64,000 nucleotides of DNA from a virus. Taxonomy: Duplodnaviria > Caudoviricetes. The stretch is from positions 128,001-192,000 of the IMG/VR virus record IMGVR_UViG_3300037424_000485. One strand, written 5' to 3'. Position 1 is the stretch's first letter. Each line of letters begins with the position of its first letter. Positions 23,956 through 34,510 of the stretch are shown here, in pieces. A model generated the notes under the pieces. The model was not told the origin of the DNA. It saw only the letters and a list, made by a program, of their open reading frames with translations, and ran no database searches. The position numbers and the translations under genes are program-made.

Positions 23956-25311
23956 TTATACCTTATAAATGTAAGCTTTACCACTTGATAAACCACCTGC
24001 ATCGTCTTCCAGATAAGCACCAACAATTGCATAGTTGTCTGATATAGCTATAGAGTATCCAAAGCTATCACCATCACTAGTGTTATAAGCATTAGGGTTG
24101 TCTAATGTACTAAGCAAAGCACCTGTAGCTGGATTGTAAATATAAGCTTTACCACTTGTCAAGCCACCTGCATCATCTTCATAAGGAGCACCAACAATAG
24201 CATAGCTGTCTGATATAGAAACATAATATCCAAAATAATCGCCTGTTGTTGAGCTATAAGCATTAGGATTGTCTAGTGTATGAAGCAAAGCACCTGTAAC
24301 GCTGTTGTAAATATAAGCTATACCACTACCTAACCCACTAATATCATCTTCTTGATAAGCACCAACAATAGCATAAATATCTGAAATAGAAACAGAGTAT
24401 CCAAAGCTATCACCAGCACTAGTGTCATATGCATTAGGGTTGTCTAATGTCCATAGCAAAGTACCTGTAGCATTATCGAAAATATAAGCTTTACCGCTAC
24501 TTAAACCACCAGCATCATCTTCCAAATAAGCACCAATAATAGCATAGCTATTTGATATAGAAACAGAGTATCCAAAATAATCACCATCAGTAGTGCCATA
24601 TGCATTAGGGTTGTCAAGTGTCCATAATAGAGCACCTGTAGAAGAATTGTAAATATAAGCTTTACCACTACCTGTGCCACCTGCATCATCTTCATAAGGA
24701 GCACCAACAATAGCATAGCTATCTGATATAGCTATAGAGTATCCAAAACCATCAACAGCACTAGTGTCATAAGCATTAGGGTTATCTAGTGTCCATAATA
24801 GAACACCAGTAGCATTATCATAAATATAAGCTTTACCACTGTCCAATCCACCTGCATCATCTTCCAGCATAGCACCTACAATTGCATAGCTTTCTGAAAT
24901 AGAAACAGCTCTACCAAAGTTATCATTAAGGCTAGTGTCATAAGCATTAGGGTTATCTAGTGTCCATAATAGAACACCAGTAGCATTATCGAAAATATAA
25001 GCTTTACCACTACCTGTTCCGCCTATATCATCTTCAGCATAAGCACCTACAATTGCATAGCTATTTGATATAGATACAGCTCTACCAAAATAGTCATTAA
25101 GGCTAGTGTCATAAGCATTAGGGTTGTCTAGTGTGCGAAGAAAACTTATAAGTGCCTTACCATAGCCATCAGAAAGACTAATAGCACCTGTATAAACACC
25201 AAACAAATGTCTCAAATTAGCCTGTCCAAGGCTAATTAGTGTTGTTGATATTTCACTAAGCTCAGTATTTACTTGTGATAATGATATGCTTCCGCTTGCT
25301 GGTAATGTCAT
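23956..25311 (-). CDS. adhesin-like protein: short fibre-tip N-domain plus 7 FG-GAP-type beta-propeller blades
   Basis: MTLPASGSISLSQVNTEL...GAISLSDGYGK N-terminus; 7x TLDNPNAY..D.FG.SV.IS..YAIVGA.ED..G..SGKAYI. Confidence 0.8.
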   Translation of the reverse strand: MTLPASGSISLSQVNTELSEISTTLISLGQANLRHLFGVYTGAISLSDGYGKALISFLRTLDNPNAYDTSLNDYFGRAVSISNSYAIVGAYAEDDIGGTGSGKAYIFDNATGVLLWTLDNPNAYDTSLNDNFGRAVSISESYAIVGAMLEDDAGGLDSGKAYIYDNATGVLLWTLDNPNAYDTSAVDGFGYSIAISDSYAIVGAPYEDDAGGTGSGKAYIYNSSTGALLWTLDNPNAYGTTDGDYFGYSVSISNSYAIIGAYLEDDAGGLSSGKAYIFDNATGTLLWTLDNPNAYDTSAGDSFGYSVSISDIYAIVGAYQEDDISGLGSGIAYIYNSVTGALLHTLDNPNAYSSTTGDYFGYYVSISDSYAIVGAPYEDDAGGLTSGKAYIYNPATGALLSTLDNPNAYNTSDGDSFGYSIAISDNYAIVGAYLEDDAGGLSSGKAYIYKV

Positions 25312-25317
25312 TAAATA

Positions 25318-27837
25318 TTACCCTAGTTTAGATTCTAATATTTTAATTTTATTATTAAGTTCTTTTATAGCCTCTATTAATAGAGGGACTAATTTTTCAT
25401 ATTGAACAGTCATATAATTTTCACCTGATTTAGATGATATATATCCTAACTCTGCATCTCTATTAATATCAAATGGAGCTGGTTTTACTACTTGAGGGAG
25501 AATTAATTTTACCTCTTGAGCACTGATACCAACCTCTATATCATCACTCATATATCCATATGATTTTGCTATACTATTAGCAGTATAATAAAAGCCATTT
25601 AGGGTACTGATCATATCAAGAGCGTTTTCAATATTACCGATCTTATTTTTAAGTCTCATATCAGAAAAATAAGCAGTTATATTTCCAGTAGCTGTAATAT
25701 CCCCTGTAGTAGCAAAACCTGCACTGGCTGATTCTACTGTTATGTCATGAGATCCATCAAATTGAATACCACCTATAGTACGAGCTGTTTCAAGGGTTGT
25801 AGCAGTTGATGAATTACCTACAAGATCGCCGGTAAATGTTGTAGTTGTAAGTATACCGGCAGCAGAGTTAAAAGTTAAATTTGTACCTGTATGTATTTGC
25901 TGTATTCCCTCAGGACTATTAAAATATGCTACATAACAGCTAGTATCTGCACTCTCATCAAATGATGTAATAGTGATAGCATTCCCAGATAAAGATTGTA
26001 CATCTAACAGTTCTGACTGTGTTAAGTGATAATACTCACCAGGGCCTCCTCCTTGTATGCTACCAAGGCCATTATGGAGAACAGGTGTTGATGATTGCAG
26101 TAATTGGGAAAAAGGACTTTGAATTTCAGTTATATTTGAAGCACCTTGTAAATAAATTACCTTCCCTACTAATTGAGATCCTACACCTGTTGCTTCTGGT
26201 GGTAAAATTCCTGGTATCTCTGCCACTTGAGCATCTGTTAGTGTTGCGTACTGATCTTGTCCATATACAGAATATAAAGAAGATGAAGTACCTATAATTA
26301 AATAAATCCAATGAACACCGTAATATCCGGCTGTCATTGCTGAAAGTGTCCCTGTCCCGACATCAAAATAATTAACATCTATATCTGTTTGAGATGGCGT
26401 TCTTACCCAATCACCTCCCGACATATACAATGTAGTGAATGTATCCGCTGCACTAGTATCAAATGATGGATGGGTTCTTTTAATATTAGCTAAGTAAAAA
26501 ATACCAGCTGTTAGGTTCAATCTAAGAGCACTAGTACCTTCTGTTAGAACTGTACCTCCTGGTTGATGTTCATACCCATTAACAAAGAAGTCTTTTCTTG
26601 AGTTATTTGCCTGATAATTAAGACCATATTCTCTCATATCAACAATATGTAGAGTATTTTCTATTCTATTAACAATCCATATAGGAACTTTTGTATATCC
26701 AGCCTCTACAGGCACTGAAGTTTCACATGTAATTCTGGTAGTACCCATATTCCAATCAGCAAATAAATAGTTAGGTATATTATCTACCAATGATGATATA
26801 CCACCAATACCTGTAGTTCCAGATGGTACACTGAATTCTTCAAGTGATGTTGTGTATATATCAAGTCCTGTTCTTAATAATGCATTACCAGCGGATATAG
26901 TTACAGTTCCATTTCCATTATCAATAAGATCAAATCCACTAAGTGGTGTTGATGACATTACATGATCAAAATATGCCTGAACACTTGAAAGACTAGGTGT
27001 TTCTGAATGTGTTGGATAATCTATAGCTGATGTTGGCCATGTATAATATAGTATATTATCTACATTAACCTGTACACTTTCAATTTCATTTTGTAATATA
27101 ATAGCAGATACACTAAGTACATTTATATCATAATTATTAGCATCTATAGCTGCTGATAGAAAATCTGTATTTAACTCTAAAGAATATACGCTTGATGATA
27201 GAGGCATCATATCAATAATTGATTGTGTATTAGCATCTATAGCTGCTGATAGAAATGCTGTATATGCTGTTAAATAACTACCATCTACAGTTAAATTATC
27301 AATAGATGCTGATAGAAATTCAGTATTTAAATTAAGAGTATTTAGATGATTATCACTTACCAGTTTATTCCTAATAGTATCTATACTACCATCTACAATA
27401 CTATATATATTATGAGCACCTTCATTATAGCTAGTTCCTGTTACATGCTCAGTCCAAATATTTGCATAGTAGTTACTAACCACCCTATCTTTGGTTTGAC
27501 TATTATCTTTAACATCAACAGGATAATAATCAAGACTCTCATCAAAAACATCTACGTAATCTATATGACCTTTTGATATCCCTGCTTTATCCCATGCTAT
27601 TTTTATTTTTTGAGATGAATCATATCCGCCATCTTCTTGTAAATCTGCAATCCAGAATTCAAAAAATCCATTAGATAATGTTACTACTTGACCAACAGCA
27701 TCAGGCGATCCGCCATCTTCTTGATGATATATAGTAGCTTGTGTTTCACTACCTGCAAGATACACCTGTACAGTAGCACCTTCAATTGGTTGTCCTTCTC
27801 TGTTTATCAAATACTGCCATACATGTGCTCTAGCCAT
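25318..27837 (-). CDS. tail fibre protein with a C-terminal S74-type intramolecular chaperone
   Basis: YFSDMRLKNKI...NGFYY...VQYEKLVPLLIEAIKEL. Confidence 0.85.
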   Translation of the reverse strand: MARAHVWQYLINREGQPIEGATVQVYLAGSETQATIYHQEDGGSPDAVGQVVTLSNGFFEFWIADLQEDGGYDSSQKIKIAWDKAGISKGHIDYVDVFDESLDYYPVDVKDNSQTKDRVVSNYYANIWTEHVTGTSYNEGAHNIYSIVDGSIDTIRNKLVSDNHLNTLNLNTEFLSASIDNLTVDGSYLTAYTAFLSAAIDANTQSIIDMMPLSSSVYSLELNTDFLSAAIDANNYDINVLSVSAIILQNEIESVQVNVDNILYYTWPTSAIDYPTHSETPSLSSVQAYFDHVMSSTPLSGFDLIDNGNGTVTISAGNALLRTGLDIYTTSLEEFSVPSGTTGIGGISSLVDNIPNYLFADWNMGTTRITCETSVPVEAGYTKVPIWIVNRIENTLHIVDMREYGLNYQANNSRKDFFVNGYEHQPGGTVLTEGTSALRLNLTAGIFYLANIKRTHPSFDTSAADTFTTLYMSGGDWVRTPSQTDIDVNYFDVGTGTLSAMTAGYYGVHWIYLIIGTSSSLYSVYGQDQYATLTDAQVAEIPGILPPEATGVGSQLVGKVIYLQGASNITEIQSPFSQLLQSSTPVLHNGLGSIQGGGPGEYYHLTQSELLDVQSLSGNAITITSFDESADTSCYVAYFNSPEGIQQIHTGTNLTFNSAAGILTTTTFTGDLVGNSSTATTLETARTIGGIQFDGSHDITVESASAGFATTGDITATGNITAYFSDMRLKNKIGNIENALDMISTLNGFYYTANSIAKSYGYMSDDIEVGISAQEVKLILPQVVKPAPFDINRDAELGYISSKSGENYMTVQYEKLVPLLIEAIKELNNKIKILESKLG

Positions 27838-27864
27838 TATAAACCTCTTTTTATTTCCTTATAA

Positions 27865-29142
27865 TTAATATGCTTCATTCCATTTTTCTATCTGAGCATA
27901 ACTTCCAGATCCTGTTACTTTATAAGTGGCTCCTGGCGGTACATAGAATATTAAATGTGATGTATACTCCCACTGACATCCCCAGTTGACTGCTAAATTA
28001 TTATCTACTAATGTTAGACCAGATCCTCTATTTACATAAGCATACATGTATGCATAAAATGGAGAACATGCCGCATCATGGAAGCTTACATGAACTGCCA
28101 TTACCTTTCCAGTATTATTAGTATACAAAACATCTTTTGATTTAGAAACCTCGCCTTGCCATGTACTGAAAGGAGATGATGTAGATACTTTACTGTCAAT
28201 ATATGCTTTAATACTTTGCTGAGTAGCAAGATGAACATCAGAATTAGATGCCATGTTGTCTTCATCTTTAATAGCAGTTCCAGTTATCTGTGTATTTATA
28301 ACAGGACTTGTTAAAGTCTTATTAGTCATTGTTATAGTGCCAGAGTCAACATATGCTTTAATACTTTGCTGAGTAGCAAGATGAACATCAGAATTAGATA
28401 TCATATCATCTTCATCTAATACGGCAGTTCCCGACACACTTGTATTAAGAATTGAAGATGTTAAAGTCTTATTAGTCATATTGATAGTACCACTATCAAC
28501 ATATGCTTTAATACTTTGCTGAGTAGCAAGATGAACATCAGAATTAGATATCATATCATCTTCATCTTTTATAGCAGTTCCAGTTATCCCTAATGCATTT
28601 AACTGTACATCGGTTCCATCAATACCATTATCCAACACTTTGAATGTATTATCAGAAGCATATATATCACCTCTTAACTTACCAGCAATTTGAGCATCAC
28701 CAATAACTGTTAATCCATTATAAACAGTTAAATCACCCATAGTGGCAGATACAGCTGATAGCCCTACAGTTCCAGTATAATTTGCATATAAATTATTTAG
28801 TATGTTTACATCATGATATATAGTTATTATACTACCATTATTAGCTGATAATGAATCTGTACTTACTCCATCACCATATAACTTCATCAATGTCCATCTT
28901 TGGAAACCTGTTTCATCATTAGGTTTAATATAGTATGGCAGGTCATCACCGACTGTGATTTCAAAGGGATATGTAACCGCATTGTAAAAATACATACCGC
29001 CTTCATGTTCTGTCATTACAATATCATTATCATTGATAACATCTGTTGAGATTTTATCAACAGAATATGCCGTATCAGAAGCACCAACAATATCATTAAT
29101 TAATGTATATGCCCCCATTATTTTAATAGGTGTTACTGCCAT
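27865..29142 (-). CDS. tail-fibre-like structural protein with three internal repeats
   Basis: TA(I/V)(K/L)DED(D/N)M.SNSDVHLATQQSIKAY(V/I)DS x3. Confidence 0.75.
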   Translation of the reverse strand: MAVTPIKIMGAYTLINDIVGASDTAYSVDKISTDVINDNDIVMTEHEGGMYFYNAVTYPFEITVGDDLPYYIKPNDETGFQRWTLMKLYGDGVSTDSLSANNGSIITIYHDVNILNNLYANYTGTVGLSAVSATMGDLTVYNGLTVIGDAQIAGKLRGDIYASDNTFKVLDNGIDGTDVQLNALGITGTAIKDEDDMISNSDVHLATQQSIKAYVDSGTINMTNKTLTSSILNTSVSGTAVLDEDDMISNSDVHLATQQSIKAYVDSGTITMTNKTLTSPVINTQITGTAIKDEDNMASNSDVHLATQQSIKAYIDSKVSTSSPFSTWQGEVSKSKDVLYTNNTGKVMAVHVSFHDAACSPFYAYMYAYVNRGSGLTLVDNNLAVNWGCQWEYTSHLIFYVPPGATYKVTGSGSYAQIEKWNEAY

Positions 29143-29164
29143 ATATCCACTCCATTTAGCTAGA

Positions 29165-29602
29165 TCATCTCATAAGGGTATAATCAATTGATTTTTGAGA
29201 ATATGAATCTTCCTCTTCTCTTATGAATAAATCCTTTTGTTGATAGCACATGTCCTTTATTGTACTGTGCTTCTTTTGTTTTTCAATATACGCTACAAAA
29301 GCATTATAACATATCATAGTGATATAGTTGAAGATAGTACCTTTCTCTGGTTTGTAATTATGAAAATACTTAATTGTATTATGCAAACCTTCCATGATAA
29401 AATCTTCTTTGTATGTATACTGATTAAAATTTCCCTTGTTTGATAAATTTTTTGATATTTTAAATATCATCGTACCAAATTCTTCTGTAGTCTTTGCCGA
29501 TCCATATATATATTTACCTGCTGATGTGTATTGTGCAGTAAGTGTATATATATCAGCTTGCTTTTTTAAATCTTCAGGCTCTATATAATAATTATCTTCC
29601 AT
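29165..29602 (-). CDS. gp55: T4 gp55-like late sigma factor
   Basis: KISKNLSNKGNFNQYTYKEDFIMEG..NTIKYFHNYKPEKG.IFNYITMICYNAF matches the gp55 pattern; GGAGG RBS. Confidence 0.85.
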   Translation of the reverse strand: MEDNYYIEPEDLKKQADIYTLTAQYTSAGKYIYGSAKTTEEFGTMIFKISKNLSNKGNFNQYTYKEDFIMEGLHNTIKYFHNYKPEKGTIFNYITMICYNAFVAYIEKQKKHSTIKDMCYQQKDLFIREEEDSYSQKSIDYTLMR

Positions 29603-29640
29603 AAATTAAACTACCTCCTATAATAGTAATAATTATAATT

Positions 29641-29670
29641 ATTATATCATTTTAGGTATCGTTATGTAAA
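29641..29670 (-). promoter_or_regulatory. sigma70-like promoter for gp55
   Basis: TTTACA-18 nt-TATAAT with TGn extended -10. Confidence 0.5.
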
Positions 29671-30014
29671 TTAGATCTCTGTAGAGTTCTTTCAAACTCT
29701 TTTTGTATAATTGCAAGATCATTATTAAACTCATCAATCTTACGAAAAATTCTTTCTCTCTTTTTAGTATTTATATCAAGATGATTTATATTTTCTTCTT
29801 CCTTGATATAAAATCCAAATTTATATTTTCCTTTTAATATATTTTTAAATTGTTTATTACATTTTTCAATGGTTTCAAGAATATCTATATGTTGATATTT
29901 TTTAATCACATCAACATATAGATCATCTTTTTCAACAATTCCTATATTTAAGGAGCGAAATGTTAGTTCATCTGGTGTTTTAGAAGATAGTGTTATATAT
30001 TTAAGAAATTTCAT
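29652..30014 (-). CDS. hypothetical protein
   Basis: ORF with ATGA overlap. Confidence 0.6.
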   Translation of the reverse strand: MKFLKYITLSSKTPDELTFRSLNIGIVEKDDLYVDVIKKYQHIDILETIEKCNKQFKNILKGKYKFGFYIKEEENINHLDINTKKRERIFRKIDEFNNDLAIIQKEFERTLQRSNLHNDT

Positions 30015-33000
30015 AATGTATCTATCTTATATATATATGTTTTACCACTGTATGTTCCGCCATCATCAGACTCGCTATAAGCACCTACGATTGCATGAGT
30101 ATTAGATATTCCTACAGAATATCCGAATCTATCACCAGCAGTAGTGTCATATGCATTAGGGTTGTCAAGTGTGTGAAGCAAAGCACCTGTAGCATTATCG
30201 AAAATATAAGCTTTACCACTATTTGTCCCATCAATACTATCTTCTCTATAAGCACCTACAATAGCATAGCTATCTGATATAGATACAGAATATCCAAACT
30301 GATCATCAGCACTAGTGCCATATGCATTAGGGTTGTCTAATGTCCATAGCAAAGCACCAGTAGCATTATCATAAATATATGCTTTACCACTACCTAATCC
30401 ACCAGCATCACCCTCTTGATAAGCACCTACAATAGAATAAGTATCTGATATAGAAACAGATATACCAAAATAATCAACAGCACTAGTGTCATAAGCATTA
30501 GGGTTGTCTAGTGTCCATAATAGAGCACCAGTAGCATTATCATAAATATAAGCTTTACCACTGTCCAATCCACCTGCATCATCTTCAGCATAAGCACCTA
30601 CAATAGAATAAGTATCTGATATAGAAACATTATTTCCAAACTGATCACCAGCACTAGTGTCATAAGCATTAGGGTTGTCTAGTGTATGAAGCAAAGTGCC
30701 TGTGATAGTATTATAAATATAAGCTTTACCACTATTTACACCTCCTATATCGTTTACTTCATAGGCACCTATAATGGTATAAGTATCATTAATTGATATA
30801 GAAGATGCAAATCCACCAGATAATGATGGATTTGTTAATGTATGTAATAAGGAACCTGTAGATGTAGTATATATATATACAACACCATTTCCAATAATAC
30901 CCCCTTCATAAGGTGTTGCAACAGCTGTATAAGTATCTGATATAGCTACAGAATATCCAAAGCTATCACCAGCACTAGTGTCATAAGCATTAGGGTTGTC
31001 TAATGTATGAAGTAAAACACCTGTTGCATTATCAAATATATAAGCTTTACCACTATCTATACCACCACCAACACCATCCTCCTCAGGAGCACCAATAATA
31101 GCATAAGTATCTGATATAGCTATAGAGTATCCAAATTTATCCCAATCTGATGTTCCATATGCATTAGGGTTGTCTAATGTTAATATAGATACCTCAGGAA
31201 CTGCTTCTATATATTCATTTGTTATCAACCATGTATCACTATAAATACAACCCTCTACAGTTACAGTAACATCATTTCTAGCAGCACCAGTAGCACTTAC
31301 TATATGAGAGAAGCCTTGACTGTAATATCCCATATCTCCGACAAATACATATGCAGGATCGGATAATGTCCATGTTAGATCACCAGAAGCTGCATCTGTT
31401 TTTACATATACAATAGCTGTTTCATAAGGATTAATAGTAAAATTAGATATAGATGTATTTATATCAATATAGGATATTCCCTCATACACTGTAGTTAATG
31501 TATTTTCTATATATACACCTGTTCCAGAGCTAACAGATATAGTCACATCTTCCCCATCAGACCCGGAACAAGATATACCTAGAGTCACAACATATAAATC
31601 TGGATTTAAAGGATCTATATAATATGAATCTGTTAAAGGGTGATATCCTGTATGAGTTTTAGTTCCAGTATCAGACCATACAACCCCCGGTAGTGTTGAT
31701 GTAATATCCCATGTCAAAACAGAAGGATGTGCATTTGTGCTTATACTTATTAATGACTCAGACCCACATTGATTTATAGGAATTGTTGTTGATGTAGCAC
31801 CATCTCCATCAACAACATCATTCCATGCTATAGTTTCACCCATAGCTGTTTTAATAACCCTGTAATGCATTAAAAAATCTACATATGGTGGTTTGTATAA
31901 ATCAGAAATGGTAGTTCTAAATTGTACTTTATCTCTACTAATGATCTCTATTGTAGCAATATCCTCATACTCAGAAGCATAATCAAGACCCCAATTCATA
32001 TAGTAATGTCTATTATCTCTTTTAAATTCTGAGATAACACCAGTTTCTAACACGTTTTGATCTCCATCAAGTAGCTTATATGTTGGGGAGTTTTGAATAC
32101 CAAAACTATCAAATCCAATAAGCTCTTGAAGGATATTATAACTTCCACCATCTATTAATATAGCAGTACCGGACTGAGGAGTGCTAAATGTTAGCTTTGT
32201 AGACATGATGTTAAGCAATTTTATATCATCTGGTACTATGCTTACTCCATCTGTATCATATGATTGAATAAATATAAGCTTGCTTTCAAAATCATGATTT
32301 ACAATACAGCTATTATCCACACCAGATGTTTCAAATGTCTGTAATGTTAATGTTTCATTTGATGATAAATGTACATTTATGGTATTAATACTTATATTTC
32401 CTATACCTATATCAATTTCTATATTGTTGTCATCTATAATTGTTACAGAATCAATATCTATAAGACTCTGTTCTCCATTAATAGTATTATATTCATATAC
32501 CTGTACAAAAAGATCATCCCTGTTTAAAGAATGCTCTATTGATAGTATTTGATTACCACCAACATTTGTTGTTATAGGTGTTTTATTTGCTTTTTTAATA
32601 ACAATATATCCTGACTTTAATCCACTAAATGTTACTAATACATTTTCGCCATTATTTGTTATTACTGTAGATATAGGTGTTATTAGATTATTTACTTTAT
32701 CAAAGCATTGAATTATTAAATTCTGTGTATTTAGATCGGTATGAAATACCCACTCTGAAGCAGATACACACTGAAGTCCTATATATGTCGTTGCAGTATA
32801 ATAATCTTGTGTAAATGATCTAGAATTTACATATGTATTTGTATAACTCTCTCCTAAACTATTCTTATCACCATATAGAGACATAACATCCCCTGTTAAA
32901 TCAACTATTGGTGAAAACACAACACTATATCTGCAAGTTCTATAAACAGGTCTTACAGTCTCAAATGCATCGTATAGACCATCAAATGTAGCCTTTGAGA

Positions 33001-34507
33001 ATACAGAAGTGTTGGATAAAGGTTCTGAATTTATATCTAGCTCTACCCTATAGTTAGATGATAAAACCATATCATCCATAGAGTATCTATTTAATGGATA
33101 GTCTGGAAAATCAACAGATGATGATATAGGAGTACATACATCTAAATTAGTTATATCGATGTAAGGATATTCTGCATACCAACCAACTCCTGCTCCATCT
33201 GTATATACAGATACATTATAATCATCTAGGGATGTGTATATAATATCTTCCCACTCGTCTTCTTGTACAACTCTTGTAGTGTCTATTAGTGATTGATTTC
33301 CAGATGGTATCCATCTTTCATAAACATTAAGACGATTTGTTGTTTGAGTAACAGCACTCCAAACAGCATATAGATCAGAAAATGTTCCTTTTCTTTTTAG
33401 AAGATGAATTATATTTTTAACAAATTCTCTATATACAGAATCCTCCTGTACTATTGGTTGAAAATCTGTCATACCATAATATTGAGATAGATATCCAATA
33501 TATTTAATATCTACCTCGCTTGGATCATAAGGAGTATAACCATCCTTTTGTCTTGTATATATATTATGATATAATCTATCAAATGCTATATTGATAAATT
33601 CTTTCAAATTAGGGGTTCTTTGATGTTGTGGTACAAGAGTAAATATATAGTCTTTAAGACCATAATATTCTATAATATAATTAATACCTTCTTCATTAGC
33701 AGCTGCTTCATATATTTTACCAAGATATATAAACATTTTATCAGTGTTTATATATCCTCGTATATCAATTTCTATACCAAATTTTTCTCTAATAATATCC
33801 TGTGCAAATCTAGTTAGCCAATCATGAAACATACTATCTTTTCTAAAATATACTTCTCTACCTATAATGAGATTTATAAATTGTGTTGTATCATATTCTA
33901 GAAAATATCCACCAGAAATAGAAGACCCAGGGATAACACTAGCAATACTACCTGGATATTCTTTATAATCATTATGCACTGAGATTCTAATTAGATTTTC
34001 ATCTTGAAAATCTACATAAGTAAAATTAAGAGGGAAATATCCTTTTTGTTTATCAGATCCTAGCTCATCATCAGGATTATGTTTAATAAACAATTCATCT
34101 ACATCTCCACCATCAGTTATAATACCGTTTTCAACACTAAATAGAGCACAATCACCGCTTGATGACATAGCCCATATATTACTATCAGTAGCATAGCTTG
34201 ACATATTAAATTTTATTCTTTCTCTATAGTGTTCATCTCTTCTATCAAAAAAATATACACCACCACTAGTACCAGCAGATGCTATCATACCATTTGTGTA
34301 GTAGTCTGCACTCTCAACATCACCATTGATAAGTATAGCACCACCTGTAGTTTGGTAACTATCAAATTGCCTACTTGAAAATAAAATATTATCCCATTTT
34401 ATAGACTTGTTATAATCTGTATTTGGAAATGGAATATAGTTTGTGCTGGCATAATTATCTGTTAAATATTCTTTTAATATAAAATATGGTGTTTCTGCAA
34501 ATTTCAT
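30011..34507 (-). CDS. baseplate wedge-like (gp7/gpI-like) protein with a C-terminal 7-blade FG-GAP propeller
   Basis: Follows gp6; VDIKYIGYLSQYYG...HLLKRKGT motif; 7 TL(D/T)NP blades at the C-terminus. Confidence 0.7.
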   Translation of the reverse strand: MKFAETPYFILKEYLTDNYASTNYIPFPNTDYNKSIKWDNILFSSRQFDSYQTTGGAILINGDVESADYYTNGMIASAGTSGGVYFFDRRDEHYRERIKFNMSSYATDSNIWAMSSSGDCALFSVENGIITDGGDVDELFIKHNPDDELGSDKQKGYFPLNFTYVDFQDENLIRISVHNDYKEYPGSIASVIPGSSISGGYFLEYDTTQFINLIIGREVYFRKDSMFHDWLTRFAQDIIREKFGIEIDIRGYINTDKMFIYLGKIYEAAANEEGINYIIEYYGLKDYIFTLVPQHQRTPNLKEFINIAFDRLYHNIYTRQKDGYTPYDPSEVDIKYIGYLSQYYGMTDFQPIVQEDSVYREFVKNIIHLLKRKGTFSDLYAVWSAVTQTTNRLNVYERWIPSGNQSLIDTTRVVQEDEWEDIIYTSLDDYNVSVYTDGAGVGWYAEYPYIDITNLDVCTPISSSVDFPDYPLNRYSMDDMVLSSNYRVELDINSEPLSNTSVFSKATFDGLYDAFETVRPVYRTCRYSVVFSPIVDLTGDVMSLYGDKNSLGESYTNTYVNSRSFTQDYYTATTYIGLQCVSASEWVFHTDLNTQNLIIQCFDKVNNLITPISTVITNNGENVLVTFSGLKSGYIVIKKANKTPITTNVGGNQILSIEHSLNRDDLFVQVYEYNTINGEQSLIDIDSVTIIDDNNIEIDIGIGNISINTINVHLSSNETLTLQTFETSGVDNSCIVNHDFESKLIFIQSYDTDGVSIVPDDIKLLNIMSTKLTFSTPQSGTAILIDGGSYNILQELIGFDSFGIQNSPTYKLLDGDQNVLETGVISEFKRDNRHYYMNWGLDYASEYEDIATIEIISRDKVQFRTTISDLYKPPYVDFLMHYRVIKTAMGETIAWNDVVDGDGATSTTIPINQCGSESLISISTNAHPSVLTWDITSTLPGVVWSDTGTKTHTGYHPLTDSYYIDPLNPDLYVVTLGISCSGSDGEDVTISVSSGTGVYIENTLTTVYEGISYIDINTSISNFTINPYETAIVYVKTDAASGDLTWTLSDPAYVFVGDMGYYSQGFSHIVSATGAARNDVTVTVEGCIYSDTWLITNEYIEAVPEVSILTLDNPNAYGTSDWDKFGYSIAISDTYAIIGAPEEDGVGGGIDSGKAYIFDNATGVLLHTLDNPNAYDTSAGDSFGYSVAISDTYTAVATPYEGGIIGNGVVYIYTTSTGSLLHTLTNPSLSGGFASSISINDTYTIIGAYEVNDIGGVNSGKAYIYNTITGTLLHTLDNPNAYDTSAGDQFGNNVSISDTYSIVGAYAEDDAGGLDSGKAYIYDNATGALLWTLDNPNAYDTSAVDYFGISVSISDTYSIVGAYQEGDAGGLGSGKAYIYDNATGALLWTLDNPNAYGTSADDQFGYSVSISDSYAIVGAYREDSIDGTNSGKAYIFDNATGALLHTLDNPNAYDTTAGDRFGYSVGISNTHAIVGAYSESDDGGTYSGKTYIYKIDTL

Positions 34508-34510
34508 TAA

